Positions 38,919 to 53,000 of a DNA stretch of 64,000 bases are shown one piece after another. Origin of the DNA: Balanoglossus misakiensis (Eukaryota; Animalia; Hemichordata); NCBI GenBank assembly GCA_040954595.2, contig CM082586.2, positions 11,005,337 through 11,069,336 on the forward strand, in the 5' to 3' direction. The stretch's first letter is position 1, and each line of letters starts with the position of its first letter. The translations under genes and the position numbers were made by a program. A model generated the notes under the pieces. It had not been told where the DNA came from and searched no databases. It saw only the letters and a list, made by a program, of their open reading frames with translations.

Positions 38919-39651
38919 GGTGGCACTGCATGAAACCGTCGAGACTTTTTCAGAGGCCTATTTCTCATCAAAGACAAAGTTTAAACCCCCATAAACCATA
39001 TATATTCTGGAAGCTGAGATTTTGAACTTTTGTTTGAGTTGCAAATATTATTGATCCCCGGAAATGGTGGCGATTTTGGGCGAAAAAACCCATTTTTTGA
39101 TATTATGTCATGAAATTTAAAATAGGTAAAAAAGTTGACCATGCATCATGCATCTTAATATGTCATTCGAAACTAAAGTACACGTGCAAAAAAACGCTAA
39201 TTTTGTTTTGCGTTATCTGCTTCCATTGAGGAGTAACAGCGTTTGAAAGTTAGATTTTCTGAAAATTTGATCAAATTCACGGTGAGTTGTATTGAATCAG
39301 AGTTTATTCCCGCCAGGGACACTTTATCGACATACAAAACTAGCGTTTTGTTGGATGGGTCATACACAATTCCCTGTCAAAATTTGAGCAAATTCGGCCA
39401 ATGCAGGGCGAAGCTATTTTAGTCCGAAGTTGTCAAAAGCAGCGAAAATGCAAACCGAGAAAAACGGCCATTTGCATTGTTGACACCTATTTGTTAAGCT
39501 GTGAACTCATTCAGAAAAGTGCTATTTGGGGGTGATTGTGCACCATTTCCGCCAAGACGTATTAGTCAGGATGTGGGTGAGTATTAGGCCTACCGATTTA
39601 TGTAAAAAAGTAAAATTTGGCAAAAATCACAACTTTTCATGCAATGCCACC
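38919..39651. mobile_element. Kolobok-like non-autonomous DNA transposon, 733 bp
   Basis: TTAA | ggtggcactgcatgaaa...tttcatgcaatgccacc | TTAA. Confidence 0.88.
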
Positions 39652-41029
39652 TTAATTGTCTCTGCTGATGCCAGAGATTGAAAAAGAATCCTACAAGTTA
39701 GGATTTTCAGAAACAATGATAGCTATTTCTATTACTGTTTGTAAACAAAAATGTGATGTTCACCGCCTTGTTTTCAGAAAAGTATTTACATAAATGTTTT
39801 TCCATAGAGTTAACACAGACATTGGCAGCCATCTTGAATTTCAAAAACTGCAACAATATCTCCAATGCAACAAATCTGCAAATTGTACTATTTGACACCT
39901 GACTTAGGTCAAGGGGTTTCAGAGATGATGACTACTCTTCAGACTCAGACAAAATAATAATGCAATATTCAGCGGAATTTCAAAAGCATTGACTAAGATC
40001 ACCAAGGGACAATTCATACCAAAGATCAAAACAATTAGACGTACCTATTTTAAAGATCATTATGAAAACTTTACAGATTCGGTTATAATGTAAATAAAAG
40101 TAGATCACCCCTGTGGCAATCAGACATGCATATTCTGACAAGATTTTTTGTTTGTACAAAAAGGCAACTGTCTCCAAAATACAAAATTACAGATTATGTC
40201 ACATACCTCAGGGAGATCAATACTAAATTTCAGAGAAAATTTCCCCCCAAATATGCAAATTTCACCATATTTTGAAGAAACAACTTGTGTCATACCTAGA
40301 AACCTGCATAGTCAAAGTAATCTACGAGCTTAGCTTTTTTCTTCCAAAAACAGCAAAAAACTTGTTCCAAACTACAAATATGCAGAATTCAACACAATTT
40401 GAACACACATTACTTCGCCACCCCAAGAAACCTGCACACCAATTTTAAAAGCACTTGCGCCAGTGATTTCAGAAAAGAAAAATGTTGACAGACATAGGAT
40501 GACTGAACATCTATCTACCTGTCAGATAACTTTTGCAGTGCTGAGAGCAGAGCTAGAGATTGGTGTTGTCTTTTTACATTTTAAATCATCACACTTTGCT
40601 ACTCAAAGCTACTATTCTGCTATGCTTGAGAAATGACTTGGGACCATTTTTGGCAAACAATAGTCACTAATCTTCCTCAGTTTATAGTACAATGTACCTA
40701 CACTGTTTTAGTAATGTACTGAAAATGTTCAGACTATTTCTTGTGTCTGCATATGTCTTTAGTACAGAAGAATAATCTATCCGGTTGTCATTTCTCTGTT
40801 TATTCAGAAATAAACTAGTCTGGGTTGCAACAGTAAAAATTTTAAAATATTCATACCCTTTCTGAAGGATGTTCAAAACCAATACCTATGTGAAGCATTA
40901 TATCAAATTTGCTGGGTAACTGTGGATTTATAACTTTTGCTAATTACAGTGCTAACTCACACTGGATGATTCGACGGTAATTTTAGATTCATATGAAGAT
41001 TTTTTACCAATAATGTTGAAAAATACAAA

Positions 41030-41607
41030 CAAATGCATCAAAAATAGAAAATCAAAATTAGCTCAAAACATACAGGACTGTATGAGGTAGGCATAAGGTA
41101 CTTGCATACCAATTTCCAAATCAATCTGACCAGCAGTTGTTGAATTTTGCGAGTTTTGACCAATTTCACATTTTCCAGCTAATTTGCATATATTTGGTAA
41201 TGACATTTTCATGTTAACAAACTCCAATCTACAGCCCAGCCTGCATCTGCACACCAAATATCGAGGTGATATGCACAACGGTTTTCAAGTTTTAGATGTG
41301 GACGGACATACAGACATACATCCATACAAACAGACAGACATACTGTAAAACACTTTATTTTCGCGAGCAATTAATTTTCGCCAAATACGCGAGAGCCAAA
41401 ATAACGTGAAAATAAAAAGTCGCGTAAATTGTTTTTGAAGATAACGATGCAGTGAATGAAATAAGAGAACGCGAAAATTAATACTCGCGAAACAGTGGCC
41501 TCTCTCGATATCGCGAAAAATTTAACTCGCGAAAATACAGTACATCCATACATAAATACAGACACAACTGATTCCATAAGGCCCATGGTACATACCATAT
41601 GGGACCT
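41030..41607 (-). mobile_element. HINE copy (AGGTCCCAT family) with a nested MITE at 41341-41542
   Basis: Core, (CATA/CAGA) microsatellite and terminal hairpin gcccatggtacataccatatgggacct, homologous to 4740-5121. Confidence 0.8.
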
Positions 41608-43009
41608 AAAAACTGCAGAAGCTACACAAAACATTAATACTGAAAACATGGCAAACAGTTGTTGCTAACGGGGTTTTAAATCTCCCTTATAGATATTTTT
41701 GAACTCCCAATTTATGATTATTGACTGTTTGATTGATTAGTTGTTGCACAAATGATAGTATTATCAAAGTAAATAATATCTGTGAGAAATTTCTTTTCAT
41801 ATTTATTTGAATATGGATAGGGTAAGATGGGGGTTAAACAAAACTACATTTGTTCAAAAGTGGCAAAAACACAAATATGCAAAAATCACTATAATTGTAC
41901 ACCATCTTACTTAAATCACTACAAGGAACATTCCTGTCAAAGTTCAAAGCAATCTGACAAGCGCTTTCAGACACAGCGAATTTGATAACCATCTACAAAT
42001 ATATTTTTATTTTTTAAACAATTCTTTTACAACACCTTACTTGGGTTACCCCCCTAGGAATCTGCATTCTGAGCAAAAATTACAAAATTGCTCAAAATTA
42101 TAAATATACCAATTTCACAACAATTTGCAATTTGGACAAAAACTATGGCTTTCAGAAAGGAAGATTTTTCTTTACCAATAATGCAGTAAAAGACAAAACA
42201 ATAAAAATAGAAAATTCATAATATTAGCTCAAAACAAAACATACAGGACTGTATGGCATTTATTGACATTTATAAGAATATGGACAGGGTATGATAGGGG
42301 GGGGGGAATTATAAATTCCAAGGGGGTCATCAATTTTTTGTCATAGCTTTTTGGGGCCATAGAAAAAATAACCTAAAAAGTAGGAAATCCTACGTCCCCC
42401 TAAGCTTTCATTCTGGCCAACAACTTTTTATGAAGGCTTCTGCAGTTGTTAAAAACAGATTGCCTGCTATGTTAGACTATCAATCTATAGAGGGGATGAA
42501 AAATGTCCTTTTGTCAAGTGTCTGGATTTTGATAACTTCAACAGGTAAAAATATATTTGTAGATGTTTATCAAATTCGCTATGTCTGAAACAGTATGCTT
42601 GCAAATGTATTAATATAGTCAGATAATATGAATAGTGAAGATAGCAAAACAAACAGGTTTATGCTTATAGCCATAACTTCTATTAGTGATGTACATGTTG
42701 TACTTAGCAAATAATTGTTATGATCAACTTGGTTTTTATTGCACAAGATCTTTTTATTGCATCCATGTTTCGTTTCATTCTGGATAATAGTCTGTCTAAA
42801 TAAGTTAACAGGCTTGATGAGGGTTATTTTAAACAGCGTTCTCAAAAAACCTGCAATGTCATGCCCTATATTTATAAAGTTGAGGAGAGGTTGTATTCCT
42901 AGCAGGATGTTGAAATCATTGGAGGACAAACCCTGCCAGTACCAAAAGTTGCTGGGTGTTATAAATGTTTGAGTAACCCCCCCCCCCCTTCCCCAATAAC
43001 ACAATATAT

Positions 43010-44126
43010 ACTAAAACATTTTTACAACATCTTACTCAGTTTACCCTTAGGAATATGCCTACCAAATCAATCTGGCATGCAGTTTTAAAGAAAAAAAAAA
43101 TGACCAAAAGTGGCAAAAATTGCTCAAAATTAAAATATGCAAATTTTTCAACAATTTGAACAAAACTTTGGTTACTCAGACAACCATTAGAAGCTTCATA
43201 CTAAAATTCAAAGAATGAGGCCTATAACTTTAAGAAATGATGATTTCTTTACCAATAATGTGGAATAATACAAAAAATGCATAAAAGATTTTTGGCATAA
43301 AAAATTAAAAATCGATAATATTAGCTCAAAACATACAGGACTGTTTGAGGTAGACATAAGGTACATGCATACTGATTTTCAAATGAATGTGACCAGTGGT
43401 TGTTGAGTTTGAGTTTTGACCAATTTCACATTTTCCTAGCTAATTTGCATATTTTTGGCAATGACAGCTTCATTTGAACAAACTCCAATCTTCAGCCTGG
43501 CCTGCATCTACACACCAAATATCGAGGTCATATGCCCAGCGGTTTTCAAGTTTGTGATGTGGACGGACATACAGACATACATACATACATCCACCGATAT
43601 CATAAGGTCCCATGGTAAAGCAAATGGGACCTTACAAAACTATGATAACTCAGATCACCTATGAAGCTTCATACTAAATTTCAAATAAGTCAGCTGATCA
43701 ATTCCAGAAAAGCAGATTTTCTACCGATAATGTGGAAAGAGACAAAAAATACATAAAAAATCGAAAATTCACATTAGCTCACGACATATAGAACTGTGTG
43801 AGGTTAACATAACTTACAGGAATACCAATTTTCAATTTTGAAAGCAATTTGCTCAGTAGTTGTCGAGTTCCCGAGTTTGGACGAATTTGACACTTTCCCA
43901 GCTAATTTGCATATTTTGGCAATGACAACTTCATTTTGACAACTCCCACTTAATGCCCTGCCTGCATCTCCACACTAAATATCAAGGTCACATGCCAGTG
44001 GTTTCCAAGTGTTTGATATTGATAGACATACAGACAAACATCCATACAGACATCCATATATACAGGTGCAACTGATCCCATAAGGTCCCATGGTATAAAT
44101 ACATATACCTGCACCAAATGGGACCT
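43010..44126 (-). mobile_element. Two head-to-tail HINE copies (AGGTCCCAT family)
   Basis: Terminal hairpins end at about 43632 and 44126, each preceded by the same core and microsatellite. Confidence 0.78.
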
Positions 44127-44824
44127 AATAATTCTGATAAAATGCCTACATAGTAAGTTTAAAAACCAATTGTACCTTCAACGTCCTTGGACAACAATGG
44201 CTAATATTACTTGCCAAGGGCGACTAGAATTTTGGGGGCCTGATGCAATTCTGATACATGTACTTCATGATTTAGAGATATTGTGAAAATCCTGTCAACC
44301 GAATTACAGGGAAATCAGATTTTCCATGTAAAATCATATCACCCAAAAATGTCAAGTGTCGAAAATAATTTTGAAACAAAAGTCTACTCAAAATCATACC
44401 AAAATTTAAATTTTAAAGCAGTACGTTAGGCAAGCAATTTGAGAATGAAGAAACTTACAAAAAAATTATAAATTGAAAATAACTTACAAATGCCGTACAC
44501 AAACTTACAATCACTACCATATTACTGTACAAGTTAAAAGGACATTGTACCAGCAGAGACATTGCGATCGAGCAATCCCCAAGATATACATGACATGGTC
44601 TAATTACAAATATTGAATATGTAAAATAGGTACACAACACTTCCATTCTTTCAGTACAGTCAGCTGCTTGTTAACAATAGGCATGTAGCTATTTCATCAA
44701 ATTTACAGCCCAAGTCATGCCTATACAATTCTCCCTTAAGCTACCCTAAGTGAGTGATGAAAATCTCATATGGTCGACAATTGATGGCCGATTTTTGCCA
44801 TGTTAAAGAAATGGGAGTTCATAA

Positions 44825-45608
44825 GGCTGCATTCACAAACACCTCTGGCGAGGGGGGGGGGCAGGAGAATTGAGCGGGGGGGGATTTGAAAAAATTGAAG
44901 GTATGTAAGGGGGGATTTGAAATAATTTAGGGACTGAAAGGGGGGACTTGAAAACTTTGACGACTAAATATTTATTTTGAGTCCACAAAAATGCAGTTTC
45001 GCGCCCTTTATTTTACACCCCCTCCCACACCCACCCCCCTCCATTCATCAACACCTTTCAATCATTAACTGGTTTATCTAGTGTCCCATGTCAGGGGACT
45101 TGCCCCCACCCCATGATAACTTTGAGCGGCGACGGTTAAATTTATCCTCCCCAACATACTGGTAGTTGAGTTAATTTGCTTTTGCCGGGTTCATAAAAAT
45201 GCAGCTTTGAGCTCTGTATTTTATAAAATTTTCTTACGTGGGAGGGGGACACCCCTTCCCACACCCACCCCCTTCAATTCCCGGTTTACAATGTCTCCCA
45301 ACACAGAATACAAATACTTAAAAAATAAAAACCATGTTCAGTTTTAATACCCACTGATGAGGGGAAACATCAGTTTCAAAGTCTTTTCATGGGAGCGCTG
45401 TTTTTCTTTTTTACAAGATAGATAAGTGATGTGTTTTGCTCTGTGAAAGAAAATGGGGGGGGGGGGGATTTTAAAATTTTGGCAGTTCAGAAGGGGGTGG
45501 GGGATTTGAAAATATTTCGGGTTGTGTACAGGGGGGGGGCATGTGAAAATTAGCAGTAAAAAAATTGAATTCTCCCCCCCCCATCCAGAGGTGTTTGTGA
45601 ATGGAGCC
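44825..45608. mobile_element. PIF/Harbinger-like MITE, 784 bp
   Basis: TAA | ggctgcattcacaaacacctctgg...ccagaggtgtttgtgaatggagcc | TAA; the empty site gggagttcaTAAgctaaa is in the paralogous block at about 52110-52127. Confidence 0.92.
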
Positions 45609-47289
45609 TAAGCTAAAGCTAAAGTGATAATGGGTCATAACAGACAAAATAACAAAATGTGAAAAACATTTAATGAGTTTAATATGCTAACTACGGAGAC
45701 AGACATGTTTGACCAAAGCATGAAATACACAAAATGTATCATTTCTTCCACCTCTTACTACAGTGGGTTGTAGACTTTTCGCCCAGAATGCAATGTGATT
45801 TGACCCCCTAGCGCAAAGTGAAAACCTATTTAAGGCAGCCAGAATTTTCTGCATAGTATGACGGAAACATTTGTAAAGTCATGGCTAGCGTGGGCTGGTA
45901 AGTTTATATGGGGCTCTCCATGATAACCAGTTGTGGCTTACCACCACCATAATTTTGAAAGGGCGACTTCACTATTTGATGGGAAAAGGTAGCCTTTACA
46001 AACAAGCTATGGAGCATGTATACAGCAAGTTGTGCTTACCGGAAAGCGGTCTTGGATCAGGCCTAGGTATTCTCTTCCTCCTCCGGCATACGTTGAAATG
46101 CTGTGTTTAAGACTGTGAATCAAATATTTGCTTATCAATTAGTAACCAATCAACCTTGCTTTAGAATTATTTGGGCCATACTAATTAGTGAAAATATGCA
46201 AAACATGGTATAATATAGGGTCAGACTGTGCTGCGATAATGTACGTGGAATACGAATCAGAGAAATCTGTAACAGCGATCTTGAAACTCCATTTACATCA
46301 GTACTGCAGTAAAGTGGTCCACATGGGTATACCACAAACATGGCAGTTAGGTGACAAGTGAAACTGACATCATATCTGTAAACGACAGGTGTACACACAC
46401 TTTGACATCTACGTAACACTGTACAATGATTTCTTAATGTTTGTTGTGAAAATGAAACTTACATTTGATCCACCTCACTTTTCATACAACTGATTAGCGC
46501 AAGAATGTAAATTGTTGGCAATTATAAAACATTTATTTTACTATAGAAAAGTAAGCCTTTACATTTAAACTTTGAATATCAGTATACTAAAATGTTTCAA
46601 ACGTGGCTGTCAGTATATCTCATGGCATGGTGGCAGAAGTACATGTTGTTACCAGGGAAGACACATTGAACATAGACAAGCGCACTAGTCGCTTGGTGAT
46701 TTTTCATCTAGATTCTCAAAACTTTCTGTGCATTTGGTAGCTTTGAGCAAGTTTCTGGTACTGAGCTGAGTTTCGAATTTGGAACTGGGCTGCTTTGGCT
46801 TTGATTACCATGGGCCAATATGATCTTATGCACACATTTTTGAAAAAAACTCCAGCCTGTTTGTGTCGTGATCTATATTTTTCTTTGTGGCCTAAGGTAT
46901 TGTTTTATTTCACTATAAACAACATTACTTTCCTTCATGTGTCTATATATAATAATAGATCTCTTAGCCAGTTTGATGAAGCATAGTGTTGGACTAGCAC
47001 ACTTTCAGCCAAAATTACGGTATCTCCCCGTGTATTGGTATGGGAGTAATTTCTAGCTATATGGTTAAGGAAATGCATCCAAATTTAATTTATGCTTCAC
47101 ATGAAGATTTGAACTTGACCATTTAATTCATGTCATCACGATCATATCACAGGCAATCGAGGCTAGAATTCGAAGGAAAAAAGTATTGATAACTGGAAGG
47201 TGTAAATTAGTTCGTAGACATACATTGTTTCCTATTGTTTCGGTTGTGCCACGCCCGATAAAAGCAAATATACAGCAAGTCATGCTTAC

Positions 47290-47364
47290 CATTGAGCGGT
47301 CTTAAACTCGCCCCAGACGAGGAAGAGAATCCCGAGTTGAAATGCAGACAATTTCAGGCAGCAT
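47290..47364 (-). other. Orphan 75-nt exon-like module (signal-peptide-like CCLKLSAFQLGILFLVWGEFKTAQ); paralogues at 53775-53849, 46040-46112 and 52775-52847
   Basis: tatttgattcacAG acceptor and G|GTAAGC donor. Three of the four differences from the 53775 copy are synonymous in the hydrophobic frame. Confidence 0.45.
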
Positions 47365-49759
47365 CTGTGAATCAAATAGATATAGAAGTTAGTAACCAGT
47401 CATAGTAGCTCTAAGTTGGGTGTAAAAGTCTAAGTTGGGTGTACTAACTCTCCTTGTTAACAGTAACTTTCAAAGAAACTGAGCAATTGGTTAAAAAGAT
47501 TTGCTATCCAAAAACAAAGAAATTTACAACAAACTACCTAAATATTGACAACCAGAATTTAATCAAAGTTGCACATACATGTACATGTGTTATGAAATTG
47601 TTAACTAACTTCCAAAGCAATCAGGAACCAGATATTAACTGAATATGCTCACGTGCAGTACTGTGATTGGTTGACAGAATAACAAGATTAGAAAAACCAG
47701 TTTTAAACCATTTTGGTTTATAGTGTATATGGTGTAAGGGTTGTGTGTTGCACCATTGTGAAATGTAAACATGTTTGTGGAATTGTTGCCTTGTCAATTT
47801 TTGTAAGGGGTTATGAGTCATGTACCCCATCCTGAACTGCATAAAAATAATAAGTCTATGGAATTCTAAAACTCTTTGATCAAAAATGGCAAGAAATATA
47901 CCAAAAAGTATGAATATTTCACCAGATTTCAACAAATCTGATTTCTGTTCATGCCTAAGAACCTCTTTAACAAGTTTCAATAAGGAAGACATTTTGGCAA
48001 ACAACAGGAAATTCAGACAAATCTGACTGATATCACATATATGAATTCCCATTCAAAGTTTCCAACCAATTGGACTTGTGGTATTACCGAAGACTATTTG
48101 GCCAAACCCTGCAGAAATTCCCAAAAAATACAATTATGCAAATTTCATTACAATTTGATCATATCTGACTGAGATCACCCCTAGAAACCCAAATACAAAG
48201 TATCAAAACAATTGCACCTACATTTCACAGGATTGGATTTTTTGGCAAAAACAGGAAATATTGCCCAAAAATGCATTTTTGCAAATTTCACCACCGTTTG
48301 CACAAATGTGATTCAGGTAAGCCCTATGAACCTCCATACCAAGTTTCCAATCAATTGGACATGTAATTTCAGAGAAAATTTTTTTTTAACAAAACTGCAG
48401 AAAATTCCCCAAAAAATTCATAAAAAATAGGAAACGCCAGATACTGACTCCACCTGAACAAAATCATACTAGGTCTTCCCAAAGTACTTGCACACCAATG
48501 CACGCCAATTTTTAACTTAATCTGATCCGCTGTTATTAAGTTTTTCAATTTTGACTATTTGAACATTTTTCCAGTTAATACCAGTATGCATTTTTTCGCA
48601 ATAACAATTTCTATGTACACACTAAATATCAGTAGTTTCAAGTTTTTGATGTTGATGGACATACACATACATACATCAATACATTAAGACGAAACTAATC
48701 CATTCACAAAATACATAATTCTGTATGAGGCACACATACAGACATACATAGCCGACGGACACCAACTTATGCTATAAGCTGACATTTATATACATGTTAG
48801 CCAAAAACCAAAATCAACCTCAAAATAGACATTAAAATATATTGCACCACCATGAGAAGACAAATTCATTTTTTGACAAATTTTCTGGGGCGTCATTGAT
48901 ATAGCATGGCATATTGTCAAAGTACGTAGGCTCTGTGATAAGATTCCATACACACAAAATGGTAACCTTGGAAGTCCAGCTGACGTAGTTATGCAATGGC
49001 GTCTCGTGTATTCCGTCGCCAAAAAATCATCGTAAACTAATTGATAGTCGGGGTCACAATTCAAGACGACTTTCTCTAAATTCTTTATGAATGGATTAAA
49101 TCGAAATCGAAATGTTGACGTATGACATACGGAATGAGATCTGAACAGACATTCAATGTTATCATTCTCGCTCGATCACATATTGGGTAGGCCATCTAGC
49201 AATCGCTATATAGTATTGGCGATAACAGACTGTCTATAAACACACAAAACGGATTTTACTGTTGAGTGTGATCAACCGCCATGTTATTTTTCTCTGAACA
49301 ATAGACAAATAGAAAGCCTGGTGACATTTTGAGATTGACTGCGTGAGGACCACAATATGCGTGAATCATTTACGGTTTGTCTTGATGAATGGGTCACGTC
49401 ATAGTCATAACGCGGATTCGGCTGCACGCCAACTATCCGCCATATTGTCTCCACTAACTTACTCGTAAGTAGTTTCAAACTTCATTTGAAAAGAGTATTC
49501 GTCTGACGGTCCTGTAGATTAACAATTTACGCTCTATGAAGCAACTAAACAACGTTAGCTTCCTTGTGGATTCACGTAGGGAAGTTATTCGTAACGACGG
49601 GTACAGCGTCTGAGCATGGACAGAACCACGGCAATATCGCCAGGAATGTCTCATTTCACAGCGCCCTCAAACAGTCGATCTCCTCAAACTATCGTTTCCA
49701 CTGGTCATATATGCAGCATTAACGAAAGCTCTCATAGACAACCATGTAATAGAAAAATT

Positions 49760-49955
49760 AAAACTTTAATAACTTCATTAATATCAAAGCCACACCCACC
49801 AAAACCTTTTCAGTTCTTGCCATATGATATCTGAACCTGTGTACTAAATTTGGTTGAAATCGGTTCAGCGGTTCTTGAGATATCGGGTATACAGACAGAC
49901 ACACACATACACAGACATCGCTAAACTATAAGCTCACGTGATTTTCAGGTGAGCT
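49760..49955 (-). mobile_element. HINE left end of a second family (TTTTTAGCTCACCTG)
   Basis: Hairpin agctcacgtgattttcaggtgagct followed by an A-run and preceded by an (ACAG/AC) microsatellite. Confidence 0.65.
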
Positions 49956-50026
49956 AAAAATTGGGTTACCCCTAGGAATATTCCTACCATATTTCAAAGC
50001 CATCAAAAAAGCAGTTTCAAAGAAAA

Positions 50027-53000
50027 ACACATTTGTTCAAAAGTGGCAAAAACACAAATATGCAAACATCTCTATAATTGTACACCATCTTACTTCAATC
50101 ACTACAAGGAACATTCCTGCCAAAATTCAAAGCAATCTGACAAGGGTTTGAACGGTTTAACAGAAAACAGTTTTTGACAAAGATTGCAAAAAATATCCCC
50201 AATAACACAAGCACGCAGTTTTAACCATTTTTATGACATCTTCCTTGGGTTACCCCTGGGAATCTGCCTACCAAATTGCAAAGCATTCTGACCATAATTG
50301 GCAAAATTGCTCAAAATTATAAATATGCCTATTTTACAACAATCTGAACAAAAAATATGGTAACTCGGACCACCCATAGGAAGCTTCATACTAAATTTCG
50401 AAGGAGTCGGACTATCGCTTTCAGAAGTGAAGATTTTTTTTTACCAATAATGTGGAAAAAGACAAAAAAAATTAATAAACATTAGAAAATTCATAATATT
50501 AGCTCACAACATACAGGACTGTATGGGGTTCATTGACATACCAATCTGACCAGTGGTTGTCAAGTTTCTGACTTTTGACCAATTTCACATTTACACAGGT
50601 AATATTTTGGCAATGACAATTTCATTTGAACAAAATCCCATCTACAGCCCCGCCTGCATCTACACACTAAATATGGAAGTGATATGCCCAGCGGTTTTCA
50701 TCCATTCACTCATACATACAAATGCAACTGATTCCATAAGGTCCCAATCGTATATATGTACATAAACCAAATGGGACCTAAAAATTGCTCCAAAATTATA
50801 AATACGCAATTTTTGGCAACAATTTAAACAAAACTATGGTTGGTAACTCAGATCACCTATGAAGCTTCATAATAAATTTCAAACAAGTCAGCTGATCAAT
50901 TCCAGAAAAGTAGGTTTTTACCGACAATGTGGAAAGAGAAAAAAAAATGCTTAAAAATAGAAAATTCACATTATTAGCTCACAACATGTAGAATTGTGAG
51001 AGGATACCATAAGGTACATGCATACCAATTATCAATTTTGAAAGCAATTTGCCCAGTAGTTGTTGAGTTCCCAAGTTTTGACGAATTTGACACTTTCCCA
51101 GCTAATTTGCATATTTTGGCAATGACAACTTCACTGAGACAAACTCCCATCTACTGCCCTGTCTGCACATTAAATATCAAGGTGAAATGCCAGTAGTTTC
51201 CAAATGTTTGATGTTGATGGACATACAAACATCCATACATACAGGTGCAACTGATCCCGTAAGGTACCATGGTATAAATACATATACCAAATGGGACCTA
51301 ATAATTCTGATAAAATGCGTACATACGTACATACATACAAGTCAGCAATAAGGAGACGGGATAGTGGGCTGGCACTGAGTGTCTATTTCTATTGCAAATT
51401 ATAAACATGCAGCAAGTGTAAAAACCACATGTACCTTCAACGTCCTTGGACAACACATTTTTGTAACTTTCCCAGATCAATGGCTAATATTACTTGCCAA
51501 AGGCGACTAGAATTTTGAGGGCCTGATGCAAGTCTGATACATGTACTTCATGATTTAGAGATATGATGAAAATCCTGTCAACCGAATTACAGGGAAATCA
51601 GATTTTCCATGTAAAATCATATCACCCAAAAGTGTCAAAAATAATTTTGAAACAAAAAGTCTACTCAAAATCATACCAAAATTTAAATGTTAATGCAGTA
51701 CGTTAGGCAAGCAATTTGAGAATGAAGAAACTTACAAAATAATTTATAAATTGTAAATAATTTACAAATGCCGCACACAAACTTACAATTACTACCATAT
51801 TACTGAACATGTTAAAAGGACATTGTACCAGCAGAGACATTGTGATCGAGCAATCCCCAAGATATACATGACATGGTCTAATTACAAATATTGAATATGT
51901 AAAATATGTACACAACACTTCCAGTCTTACAGTACAGTCAGCTGCTTGTGAACAATAGTCATGTAGCTATTTCATCAAATTTACAGCCCAAGTCTTGCCT
52001 ATACAATTCTCCCTACTTTAAACACGTTTTAAGCTACCCTAAATGAGTGATGAAAATCTCATACGGTCGATAATTTCAAGATGGCCGATTTTTGCCATGT
52101 TAAAGAAATGGGAGTTCATAAGCTAAAATGATGATGGGTCATTCTTGAACTTTTTAACAGAAAAAATAGCAAAAGTGAAAAAAAGTTTAATATGCTAACT
52201 ACCGAGACAGAAATGTTTGACCGAAGGAAGTCATGAAATACAGTAAACATATCATTTCTTCTATCTCTTACTACAGTTGGTTATGGACTTTCCGCCCAGA
52301 ATGCAATGAGATTTGACACCTAGCGCAAAGTGAAAAACCTATTTAAGGCAGCCAGAATTTTCTGCATAGTATGACGGAAACATTTGTAAAGTCATGGCTA
52401 GCATGGGTTGGCAGGTTTATGGGACCCGCTCAGGTTCCCTCGAATAACACATAATGCATGATTGGTGACTGATTATTGTTTATTTGTTGATTTTGTCACA
52501 TTTTCAGAAAAATCCCTATCAATCAGTCATATTTGTTTGGCCTTGCTATACAGCGCAATATGAATCTTGTTGACTGAAATTGTTGAGGATAGTGGTACAT
52601 AAAGGTTACCAATTGGAAAATATTAAAATGATTATTAGTGGTGTCCAACTCTTCATGATAACCAGTTGTGGCTTGCCACCACCATAATTTTAAAAGGGTG
52701 ACTTCACTATTTGATGGGAAAAGGTAGCATTTACAAACAAGCTATGGAGCATGTATACAGCAAGGTGTGCTTACCGGAAAGCGGTCTTGGATCAGGCCTA
52801 AGTATTCTCTTCCTCCTCCGGCATACGTTGAAATGCTGTGTTTAAGACTGTGAATCAAATATATGCAAATATTAATTAGTAACCAATCAACCTTGCTTTA
52901 GAATTATGTGGGCCATACAAATTAGTGAAAATATGCAAAACATGGTATAATATAGGGTCAGAAAAAATTTCCAGCCTGTTTGTGTCATGATTTACATTTT

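Larger units (their letters stand above)
41845..47412 (+). repeat. Segmental duplication, copy A (paralogous to 50027-53897)
   Basis: Colinear matches, for example 44128-44820 with 51300-52120, 45630-46220 with 52135-52940, and 46845-47412 with 52945-53897, with differential insertions. Confidence 0.9.
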
